DNA of 42,558 nucleotides from a virus (Duplodnaviria > Caudoviricetes): IMG/VR virus record IMGVR_UViG_3300048599_000899, positions 1 to 42,558 of that record; one strand, 5' to 3'. The position numbers were made by a program, and so were the translations under genes. The notes beneath the pieces are model-generated. The model saw only the letters and a program-made list of their open reading frames with translations, was not told the origin of the DNA and made no database searches. Shown here piece after piece: positions 24,987-33,278 of the stretch (the first letter of the stretch is position 1; the number at the start of each line of letters is the position of its first letter).

Positions 24987-25555
24987 TGTCCCTGCTCCTC
25001 ATCTTCAACCAGGAGGGCGCGTCGTTGAGCCTGATCGTCGAGGATGGGAGCGGGAAGCCGGACGCCGATGCGTTCGTGTCGCTGTCGGTGTTCCAGACCT
25101 ACTGCACGGCCAAGGGTTATGACCTGGCTGCGTTCGATCCTGAGTTGGCCCAAGAGCCCGCCATCCGCCGTGGCACGGCCTATCTGTCGACTGCGATCTC
25201 TTGGCCTGGCAGGCGAGCCCATGGACGCGAGCAGTCCCTGGCCTGGCCGCGGGAAGGCGTCGAGGATGCAGAGGGCTGGGCCATCCCGTCCGACGAGGTT
25301 CCGGTAGAGGTCAAGCAGGCGACCTGCGAGGCGGCCTTCTATGAGCTGCGCACTCCGAACGGCCTCGCGCCGGCCGTGAACCTCACCCAGCAGGTGAAGT
25401 CCAAGCAGGTGGGGCCGATGCGTAAGGAGTTCTTCGCCGGTCCCATGACGGCGCAGGCCGCGCGCCCGGTGCTGACGATCATCAGGGACATCCTGGCCCC
25501 GTTGCTGGCCCCGACTGGTCGCAATCCACTGGTTGGGATGGCGGTGCGCCGGTAA
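24986..25555 (+). CDS. Head-tail adaptor (DnaT-like annotated family)
   Basis: LIVEDGSGKPDADAFVS, QSLAWPR, VPVEVKQATCEAA. Confidence 0.85.
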   Translation: MSLLLIFNQEGASLSLIVEDGSGKPDADAFVSLSVFQTYCTAKGYDLAAFDPELAQEPAIRRGTAYLSTAISWPGRRAHGREQSLAWPREGVEDAEGWAIPSDEVPVEVKQATCEAAFYELRTPNGLAPAVNLTQQVKSKQVGPMRKEFFAGPMTAQAARPVLTIIRDILAPLLAPTGRNPLVGMAVRR

Positions 25556-25890
25556 TGCGCAACGACTATGCGGAAGACCGCTCGGACGCCGACGAACTTA
25601 TCGACGAGTTCGGCCAGGACGGCCTCCTGCGCCGCCGCGTCACGACCGAGGGCGACCCCGTCGACCATCCCGCGGTCTTTGTGGTGCTGGACTACGAGGA
25701 CCGTGAGGTTGACGGCGCCCGCATCCTGGCGACTGACAAGCGCGTCCTGATCGCCGCTGGGGGCTTGGCAGTTGAGCCGAAGCCCTCGGACCGGCTGATC
25801 ATCGGCGGGACGAGCCATGCAATTATCCAGGTGAAGCCGTTCTCGCCGGCGGGTATCGTGGTGTTCTGGGAAGCCCAAACGAGGAAGTGA
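25555..25890 (+). CDS. Head closure / head-tail joining protein
   Basis: LIDEFGQ, VDGARILATDKRVL, P.PSD, V.PFSPAG; position. Confidence 0.8.
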   Translation: MRNDYAEDRSDADELIDEFGQDGLLRRRVTTEGDPVDHPAVFVVLDYEDREVDGARILATDKRVLIAAGGLAVEPKPSDRLIIGGTSHAIIQVKPFSPAGIVVFWEAQTRK

Positions 25891-26099
25891 TGTCCGCAGC
25901 GCACAAGCAGAGCATGGTTCTCGCGCTCGCCGCGCTGCAGGACATCATCTCGCGCGGGCAGGCCATACAGGCGGCGACGGTGCGGAGCGAAGGCCAGGAC
26001 CGCATAGCCGAACTGCGCGTCGAGGCCCACGACATCCTCGACGCCTACCTCGACCATATGACGGCGGCGGCTGTGGTCGCCCGGCAGCTCCTCGACTGA
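25887..26099 (+). CDS. Hypothetical protein
   Basis: 70 aa, GTGA overlap and RBS. Confidence 0.7.
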   Translation: MMSAAHKQSMVLALAALQDIISRGQAIQAATVRSEGQDRIAELRVEAHDILDAYLDHMTAAAVVARQLLD

Positions 26100-26102
26100 C
26101 CG

Positions 26103-27134
26103 GTGGCCAGAACGTCGGCTCAGGAACAGCTCTTTCAGGAGCTGCTGGATCGCTATGGGCCGAAGGTGGCTGCGGCGTTCATGGCCGTGGCGGAAGACCT
26201 GCGGGCCGGGGCTGATGTTCAGAGGTTGACCGCGGCGATCCAAGCCAATGACCTGCCCGGCGCCATCGCTGCCCTAAACCTCGACCCAGCCGCCTTCAAC
26301 GACCTGCTGGAGGCGCTCCGCGAGGCTTATCTCGCAGGTGGGCAGGGCGCGGTTCAGACCATGCGCGCGCCGGCGACCGTCGGCATCATCAGGTTCGACG
26401 GCCGCAACGTCGCCGCTGAACGCTGGCTCCAGGATCATTCTTCGGAGTTGGTGACGCGCATCCTGACCGATCAGCGCGAGGCGATCCGCGTCAAACTCAG
26501 CGAAGGCATGGCGGCCGGGGCGAACCCGCGCTCGACGGCCCTTGAGATTGTCGGGCGGCTGAACAGGGCCTCGGGCAAGCGGGAAGGGGGGCTGCTGGGC
26601 CTCACGTCGCAGCAGGCGGGCTACGTCGCCTCAGCGCGTCAGGAGCTGTCCTCGGGCGACCCTGAGGCCCTGCAGCACTATTTGACGCGCGGTCGCCGCG
26701 ACAAACGTTTCGACAGGTCAGTGTTGAAGGCGATCCGCGAGGAAAAGCCGCTGCCGGCCGACATCGCGCGGAAGGCTGTGGCGCAGTACGAAGCCAGGCT
26801 GCTCCAGCTACGCGGGGAGACTATCGCGCGGAAGGAGACCCTGACCTCGCTACAGGCGGCGAAGTATCGGGCCTATCTCCAGGCGGTCGGTCAGGGAAAG
26901 GTCGTCGAGAACACGGTCCGTCGGACTTGGCGGGACTCGGCCGACCTGCGCGTCCGCCATACCCACCATGTCCTGAGCGGACAGACCGTCGCGCTACGCG
27001 AGCCGTTTGTGAGTCCGTCGGGAGCGCGCATGCTGTTTCCTGGCGATACGAGCCTGGGCGCGCCGGCTTCCGAGACGATCGGCTGCCGCTGTGACGTCAA
27101 CTATCGCATCGACTTCTTCGCCAATATCGGATGA
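26103..27134 (+). CDS. Minor head / head morphogenesis protein (Mu gpF, SPP1 gp7-like)
   Basis: ETIARKET, W....D.RVRHTH...GQ....PF, FPGD...ETIGCRC. Confidence 0.88.
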   Translation: MARTSAQEQLFQELLDRYGPKVAAAFMAVAEDLRAGADVQRLTAAIQANDLPGAIAALNLDPAAFNDLLEALREAYLAGGQGAVQTMRAPATVGIIRFDGRNVAAERWLQDHSSELVTRILTDQREAIRVKLSEGMAAGANPRSTALEIVGRLNRASGKREGGLLGLTSQQAGYVASARQELSSGDPEALQHYLTRGRRDKRFDRSVLKAIREEKPLPADIARKAVAQYEARLLQLRGETIARKETLTSLQAAKYRAYLQAVGQGKVVENTVRRTWRDSADLRVRHTHHVLSGQTVALREPFVSPSGARMLFPGDTSLGAPASETIGCRCDVNYRIDFFANIG

Positions 27135-27574
27135 GCCAAGCCGCGTACCTCGCAAAGGTCAATGACAGCGTCGTCAACACCAAGGCGCGGATGCTCGCGG
27201 TTCGGAACGAGAGCGTCCAGGACCTCGTCGAGATCATGCAGACGCCCCGCGGCGCCGGCGGCAATATGCGGGTCGACACTGGCTTTCTCCGGGCTTCGTT
27301 GAGGGCCGCAATAGGTAGCGCGAACTTCGCCGTCACTGACCGGCCCGACGACGAAGCGAAGTACATCTTCGACATGAGCGCGATTACCCTCGTCATCGTC
27401 GACGCTGAGATCAACGACCCCATCGAAGCTGTCTACACAGCCAGATATGCGCGGCCGCGGGAGTACGGCGCACGTGGCCACCCAGGTGATCGCTTCGTCG
27501 CTTTGGCTGCCCAGCAGTGGCAACAGGCGGTCGAAGCCAATGTGGTCAAGTTGAAGGCCAAGGTGGGAGGGTAG
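27131..27574 (+). CDS. HK97 gp10-like tail completion protein
   Basis: MRVDTGFLRAS, YARPREYG. Confidence 0.85.
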   Translation: MSQAAYLAKVNDSVVNTKARMLAVRNESVQDLVEIMQTPRGAGGNMRVDTGFLRASLRAAIGSANFAVTDRPDDEAKYIFDMSAITLVIVDAEINDPIEAVYTARYARPREYGARGHPGDRFVALAAQQWQQAVEANVVKLKAKVGG

Positions 27575-27577
27575 TGG

Positions 27578-27994
27578 ATGGCCCGCGTCTCGGACGTCAT
27601 GCAGGCCCTGTTCGCCCGCGCGTTGACGATCCCGACCGGATCGCCGCCGTTGCCGATCTCTCTGCCCGAGCCAGACGAGACCTTTGACCCGCCGGAGTCG
27701 GGCCAATATCTGGATGTGCAGTTCTTCTCGAACCGTCCTGCGTGGGAGGGGCTGACTGCAGAGGACGGCCGGCTCGATCAAGGCCTTCTGCAGATCACCG
27801 TGGTCTGGCCCAAGAACCATGGCCTCATGGCCCCAGGTATAGTCGCTGACCTCGTCAAAGAGCACTTTCCGCTGGCGCTACAACTCCAGCACGCCAGCGC
27901 GCGGGTGAAGATCACCGGTCAGGCGTGGGCCGCAGCTCCGCTAATCGAGCCGCACGAGGTCCGCATTCCTGTCACCATCCCCTGGTCGGCGTAG
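27578..27994 (+). CDS. Tail terminator-like protein
   Basis: FDPP...YL, GLLQITVVWP..G, IPVTIPW; precedes tail tube gene. Confidence 0.8.
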   Translation: MARVSDVMQALFARALTIPTGSPPLPISLPEPDETFDPPESGQYLDVQFFSNRPAWEGLTAEDGRLDQGLLQITVVWPKNHGLMAPGIVADLVKEHFPLALQLQHASARVKITGQAWAAAPLIEPHEVRIPVTIPWSA

Positions 27995-28078
27995 CCGGCC
28001 AAGGTTCGCCCAAACCGGCCTTGGGCAAGCCGATCCGGCCCGTCGTGAGACGCGCCATTCCCTCAGATGGAGCCCTCC

Positions 28079-28564
28079 ATGACCATCATCCACGCTGCGG
28101 CGGGGTCGTCGATCCATATCGGCCCGCAGAACAGCATTGCCGACGACGAAACGGCTTATGGCGCGCTGTCGTACCAGAAGGTCGGCGGCGCCGGTTCTCT
28201 GGGCGATTTCGGCCCGAGTGCGGCGCTGATCACCTTTGAAGGCCTCGACGACGACTACGTCACCAAGGCGAAGGGCATTCGGAATGCCGGGGCGGTTCAG
28301 CTGCAAGTCGCCTGGAACCCGCTGGACCTTGGGCAAAAGGCAATTCTGGCCGCTGAGGCCACGAAGTTCCTCTACGCCTTCAAGACCTTCGCCGCAGATG
28401 CTGCAGACGCCAACGACACTGACAGCCTCTGGTACTTCAAGGCCCTGGTGATGACGGCGACGCTGGCGCGCGGTGGGCCCAACAACGTGATGTTGCTGAC
28501 CGCCAACCTCGAAATCAGCGGACGCATCCTGCCGGTGCTCTCGCAATCCGTTTCCGGCCCCTAA
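28079..28564 (+). CDS. Major tail tube protein
   Basis: LGDFG...ITF, KAKGIRNAG, D.GQ; GGAG RBS before ATG 28079; precedes chaperone and tape measure genes. Confidence 0.85.
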   Translation: MTIIHAAAGSSIHIGPQNSIADDETAYGALSYQKVGGAGSLGDFGPSAALITFEGLDDDYVTKAKGIRNAGAVQLQVAWNPLDLGQKAILAAEATKFLYAFKTFAADAADANDTDSLWYFKALVMTATLARGGPNNVMLLTANLEISGRILPVLSQSVSGP

Positions 28565-28650
28565 GCGCTGAGCCTGCAGCGCCGGAACAAAAAAACCGTC
28601 CCACCAACTTGAAGCCCGGGTCGCTCCCGGGCGCCTTTTAGGAGCCGAGC

Positions 28651-29097
28651 ATGAGCCTCGCCAACCTCAACCTTGCCGCCGCAGCCAACGCCGGCTTTCG
28701 CGTCGTGATCAAGCATCCGGTCGAACGAGTTCCCCTGACGGGAGCCGATGGCGGAGAAGTCTACATCGACATGCGCGGTCGAGACTCTGAGATCGTCGTC
28801 GCCAAGACTCGTGAGCAGCGCAATCTCCTGGTCGAGGAGGCGTCGAAGAAGATACCGTTTTCGGCGGCTGCCAACGATCTCCGCGAGGCCGAGGTTCTGT
28901 CGGTCGCCGCGCTCGGCTGGGGCAACATCCCCAAGGCCTGGCTGACGCCGAATGGCGAAGACGAGACCCCCGCCGAGTTTACCGAGGGCAACGCGCTTCT
29001 GCTCTTCACCAATCCTGGCGTGAACTGGCTGCATGAGCAGGTCGTGGAGGCGTTCGATGCCCGGGGAAACGTCTTGAAGGCCTCGAAGAAGGCCTAA
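28651..29097 (+). CDS. Tail assembly chaperone (G-like)
   Basis: Position between tail tube and tape measure; slippery site near the 3' end. Confidence 0.85.
   Translation: MSLANLNLAAAANAGFRVVIKHPVERVPLTGADGGEVYIDMRGRDSEIVVAKTREQRNLLVEEASKKIPFSAAANDLREAEVLSVAALGWGNIPKAWLTPNGEDETPAEFTEGNALLLFTNPGVNWLHEQVVEAFDARGNVLKASKKA
29064..29070 (+). other. -1 programmed frameshift site G GGA AAC
   Basis: X XXY YYZ heptamer in the correct phase; the -1 frame is open through 29468. Confidence 0.85.
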
Positions 29098-29468
29098 TCG
29101 CCTACGCAGCAGCGTCTGCCCGAAAGCAGGCGCTACCGCCATTTCCAGAGCCGCTCACAGACGTATGGGGGGCTTTCGGCAAGATCGCCTCCCGGCGCCA
29201 GTCGGGCATGGCGCCGAACCCGATCACCTATCAGGAGATCGAAGCCTTCAATCGGCTGACCTGCGCCCGGCTTGGGCCCTGGGAAGTCGACCTGATCTGC
29301 CGCCTCGACAACGAAGTCCTGAAGGCGATGGCTGAAAGGCAAGCCGCTGGTGAGGGCGCGCCAACCAACACGATAGCCTTGGGCGATGCCGAGGGCATGG
29401 CGGCGTTCATGACCCGTCTGACGATCCAGCACAACGCGCGTATCGAGGCGCAAAAGCGAGGAGGGTAG
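29064..29468 (+). CDS. Tail assembly chaperone frameshift extension (GT-like)
   Basis: -1 frame reads KRLEGLEEGLIAYAA...VWGAFGKIASRRQSGMAPNPITYQEIEAF...WEVDLI..LD. Confidence 0.8.
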   Translation, partial: GKRLEGLEEGLIAYAAASARKQALPPFPEPLTDVWGAFGKIASRRQSGMAPNPITYQEIEAFNRLTCARLGPWEVDLICRLDNEVLKAMAERQAAGEGAPTNTIALGDAEGMAAFMTRLTIQHNARIEAQKRGG

Positions 29469-29471
29469 GAG

Positions 29472-32400
29472 ATGTCAGACCTCGCCGTCCTCGGCACGCG
29501 CTTCGTCACCGAAAATGCGGACAAGGTCCATCGTGACCTGGACGACTACAGGGCCAAAGCAGTCGGTGCGGCCGGCGGAGCTGATCAGGCAGCGGCTGGG
29601 TCGCGGCGGCTTTCCGACGCGATGCTCAAGATGCTGGCCTCGATCGAGAAGTCGACGAAGGAAATTGCGGAGCTTACTCGGCAGCAGAAGTTGGTTGCTC
29701 AGGCTGTCGAGGCGGCGGCGGCGGCCGAAACTCGCGCTGCGGCGGTCAACACCCGATATTCGATGAGCTTCACGCAAGTCACCGCCAGCGCGAACCAGGC
29801 CGCAGCGTCGATCGACAAGGCCGGAGACGCCGCGACGAAAGCGGCCAGCCAAGCCAAGGCCGCGTCAGTACACTTCGACGCGCTCTATGACGCTGCCAAC
29901 CATGACTTCGCTCAGCAGTATGTGCGGCAAATGGGGGCGGTTTCTGGCGGCCATGTCGCGGCGTCAAAGACGTCGAAGCAGCTGACCATGGCCACGCTCG
30001 ACCTCTCTCGGCAGTTTGCGGACATCGGCGTCTCGGCGGCCATGGGCATGAACCCGCTGATGATCCTTATCCAGCAAGGCCCGCAAATCGCGGACCGTCT
30101 CGCCCTGATGAAGATGGAAGGCATCGGGCTTGGGGACGCGCTGCGTGGGATCGCGGCAGCGGCCGCCCCAGTCATGGCCGTTCTCGGGCCCATGATCGTG
30201 ACTGCGGGCGCGCTCGGCGCAATGTTCCTGATGCTTCACCACGAAGCCAAGAACAGTCTCGGCAACGTCGCAAAGGATCTGGAGCTTACCGAAGCTCAGA
30301 TGAAGCGGGTGAAGGATACGGGCGTCACCATGGGTGACACCCTCCAGGCCGTCTTCAAGACCGCGGGTCAACTGATCTACGGATCACTGAAAGGGCCGAT
30401 TGACGATCTGCGCGACGCCTTCGGCGCCTGGTACGCCGACCTGGTCGCGAACACGATGAAAGAGGTGAAGGCGATCGTCAGCGTCTTCGCCGGCGGCTAC
30501 GGCGCGATCAAGGCGGTCTGGTCGCAACTCCCCGCCGCGATGGCCGATATTGCGGTCTCCGCAGCGAATGGCGTGATCAGCGCGATCGAGGCGATGATCA
30601 ACAAGGCTATCGACTCGGTGAACGGGTTGATGGCCGCGCTCAAGCCGGCGATGAGCCTGGGCGTGTTCGGTCCGGTTGGGCAGGGCCTGGCAGGAGCGAT
30701 GCGGCCGATTGGCCATGTGGAGCTCGGTGGGCTTGCGAACCCCAATGAGGGCGCCGCCGCCAGGGTGATGACCGACGCCGCCGCGGCCTATGCCAAGGAC
30801 GCGCAGAATGCCGGCAAGATCATCGACAAGGCGAGCGACCTCTTCCTCAAGAACCTGCGCGATATCACTGAGAAGCGCATTCGGAAGGAAGCTGGCGATG
30901 CTGCAAAGACCCCGAAGGGGCCCGCGGCGCCGAGGGATATGTCGGACGAGCGCGCTGCGCAGATCGCGCAGCTGGTCGCTCAGTCCAAGGCCGACGAACT
31001 CCAGGCGCAGTTGGCGCTGACCGAGGATGTGCGAGCCCGCGCCGAGCTTGAGCAACGGCTGGTCGATATGCAGTTGGCGGTTCAACTCGCTCAACTCGAT
31101 AAGCAGGCGGCGACGATCAAGGAGGATGTGACCCGGAAGCGGATTTCGGAGTCCGAGGGAGCCGAGCTCCTGCTCCAATTGGAGAGCGTGCGGATCACAC
31201 AGGCGACGGTGGCCGCGCTGAAGGCCCAGCTGATCGAGCGCAATGCCGCGCGCCAGGCGATCAGGGATGAGAACGCAATCCGCGCCGCCGGCATCCGCGA
31301 TCAGATCGACCTTCTCGACGCGCAGCGCGATAGCGCGCGCTTCGGCTTCGAGCGCAGGGAAATCGATCTCCAGATCCTGGAAGCGCAGCAGACCATCGAG
31401 CGCCTGAAGCTCCAAGAGATCGTCGCGACGACGGCGTCTACCAGCGCTGAGTACAAGATCGCCGAGGCCCGGCTGAAGGTGCTGGACGCCATTCACGGCG
31501 CACAAACCGACGCGGCGAAGGGCACGCCCCAGGATGCGTTCGACCGTGTCACACGCGCCATGGAGGACGTGGCGCGTGCGTTCGAGGCTCGGGACTGGAA
31601 CGCACTTGTGACATCGATTGTCGAGGCCATCGGGACGTTGAAGGAGGCCTTCAAGAAGGGCGGCTCAGCTGCCGGCAAGATCGGAGCCGTGGCTGGACTT
31701 GGCCAGATCATCGGTGGCGCTATCGGTGGAACGGCTGGATCAACGATCAGCGGGGCCTCCTCAGGGGCGATGGCGGGCCTCACCCTTAGCGGCGGCAATC
31801 CCATCGTCGCAGCGATCGGCGCCGCGCTGGGCGGGCTCGGCGGCTTCCTCGGTGGCAAGTCCGAAGAGAAGCAGCGCCGCCAGGCCGAAGAGCTCGCGCG
31901 GCAGCAGGCTGAACATCAGCGCGCCATCGACCTGACCAACGCCAAGCGCGAGCAGGAAATCACCCTACTTGAACTGACGGGCAAGGCGTCGGAGGCGCTG
32001 AAGCTGCGCCGGGAAGCCGAGTTGGCCGCGATGGACGCGACCTTGCAGGCGACGCAGTTGAAGATCTGGGCGCTGCAGGACGAGCAGGCCGCGGCAGAGG
32101 CCCGTGCCGCCCTGGATATCCGTCTCATGGATGCGCAGGGCAGGGCCTCGGAGTCCCTGGCGCTCAAGCGGGCGAGGGAGATCGCCGCGGCCAACGACAA
32201 CGAGCGTGGCGTTCTGAGGGAGATATTCGCCGCCGAGGACGTGGCGAGCGCCCGCGATGCGCTTTCAGCCGCCTATGAGCGCGAGAGCTCCGCCCTCCAA
32301 GCCACGATCGACAAGTTTAGGGCGTTCTCGGAGGGCCTGAAGCGGTTCCGCGACAGCCTCTACAGCGGCCCGGCGGCGATGCTCTCGCCGGTGGAGCAGT

Positions 32401-33278
32401 ACAAAGCCGCCCGCTCGGCGTTCGACACGACGTCCTCCCTGGCGGCCGGTGGCGACGAAGACGCGATCCGCGACCTGGAGAGCGTCAGCCAAGCATATCT
32501 GGACGCCTCCAAGGCCTATTACGCCTCGTCGGAGGCCTACTTCGCCGACCTGGAGCGAGTGCGCGCCGCGGTCACGGCGACGCAGGGCTACGCGGCTTCC
32601 CAGGTGAACACGGCCGAGGCCCAGCTCTCGGCGCTCAACGCCTCTGTGGCTGGCATTCTCGGCGTCCAGAACGCGGTGCTGTCGGTGAAGGACGCCCTGG
32701 CCGCCTATCAGGCTGCGATCCTGGCTCAGAAGGCCGTGGCGAACGACAACGCCCTGACGACGCCGACGGCCAACGACAACACCCCGTCGCTGCCACAGGC
32801 GCCCGACTGGTCATCCTATCTCCGCCATTACCCGGACGTCTTGGCCGAGTTCAATCGGCTCTCGCCGAACAACATCCGCAACAACCTCAAGATCGACTAC
32901 AACCCCGAGGCCTTCGCCAAGTGGCACTATGAGGTCTTTGGCAAGGGCGAGGGCCGCACGCCGTTCGCCATGGGCGGCTCCTTCACGGTCGGCGGCAGTG
33001 GTGGAACCGACAGCCAGGCGTTCGGGCCAATGGCGCTGACCCCAGGCGAGATCGTCAACGTCCGCCGGCCGGGCGACGTAGCCGCCGACAATGCAGCGCT
33101 GCGTGAGGGCCTCGATGGGGTCCGTGCAGAACTGCGGGCCGTGAGGGGCGAATTGCAGGCTGCGAACAACCAGCGCGGCGAGGCGGCGACGCAGACGATC
33201 AAGAAACTCGACCAACTGCTTGACGCTGCTGACGATGGCAACCGCGCGACCCGCGAGCAGGGCAGGGCGGCGGCTTGA
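29472..33278 (+). CDS. Tape measure protein
   Basis: 1268 aa, Ala-rich helical; QFADIGVS..MGMNPLMILIQQGPQI motif; FAMGG near the C-terminus. Confidence 0.95.
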   Translation: MSDLAVLGTRFVTENADKVHRDLDDYRAKAVGAAGGADQAAAGSRRLSDAMLKMLASIEKSTKEIAELTRQQKLVAQAVEAAAAAETRAAAVNTRYSMSFTQVTASANQAAASIDKAGDAATKAASQAKAASVHFDALYDAANHDFAQQYVRQMGAVSGGHVAASKTSKQLTMATLDLSRQFADIGVSAAMGMNPLMILIQQGPQIADRLALMKMEGIGLGDALRGIAAAAAPVMAVLGPMIVTAGALGAMFLMLHHEAKNSLGNVAKDLELTEAQMKRVKDTGVTMGDTLQAVFKTAGQLIYGSLKGPIDDLRDAFGAWYADLVANTMKEVKAIVSVFAGGYGAIKAVWSQLPAAMADIAVSAANGVISAIEAMINKAIDSVNGLMAALKPAMSLGVFGPVGQGLAGAMRPIGHVELGGLANPNEGAAARVMTDAAAAYAKDAQNAGKIIDKASDLFLKNLRDITEKRIRKEAGDAAKTPKGPAAPRDMSDERAAQIAQLVAQSKADELQAQLALTEDVRARAELEQRLVDMQLAVQLAQLDKQAATIKEDVTRKRISESEGAELLLQLESVRITQATVAALKAQLIERNAARQAIRDENAIRAAGIRDQIDLLDAQRDSARFGFERREIDLQILEAQQTIERLKLQEIVATTASTSAEYKIAEARLKVLDAIHGAQTDAAKGTPQDAFDRVTRAMEDVARAFEARDWNALVTSIVEAIGTLKEAFKKGGSAAGKIGAVAGLGQIIGGAIGGTAGSTISGASSGAMAGLTLSGGNPIVAAIGAALGGLGGFLGGKSEEKQRRQAEELARQQAEHQRAIDLTNAKREQEITLLELTGKASEALKLRREAELAAMDATLQATQLKIWALQDEQAAAEARAALDIRLMDAQGRASESLALKRAREIAAANDNERGVLREIFAAEDVASARDALSAAYERESSALQATIDKFRAFSEGLKRFRDSLYSGPAAMLSPVEQYKAARSAFDTTSSLAAGGDEDAIRDLESVSQAYLDASKAYYASSEAYFADLERVRAAVTATQGYAASQVNTAEAQLSALNASVAGILGVQNAVLSVKDALAAYQAAILAQKAVANDNALTTPTANDNTPSLPQAPDWSSYLRHYPDVLAEFNRLSPNNIRNNLKIDYNPEAFAKWHYEVFGKGEGRTPFAMGGSFTVGGSGGTDSQAFGPMALTPGEIVNVRRPGDVAADNAALREGLDGVRAELRAVRGELQAANNQRGEAATQTIKKLDQLLDAADDGNRATREQGRAAA

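Noticed and set aside
28614-28640. Intrinsic terminator after the tail tube gene (gcccggg-tcgct-cccgggc then gcctttt)
   Set aside because: The U-tract is short, offset and runs into the chaperone RBS; at most an attenuator, so it was not called.
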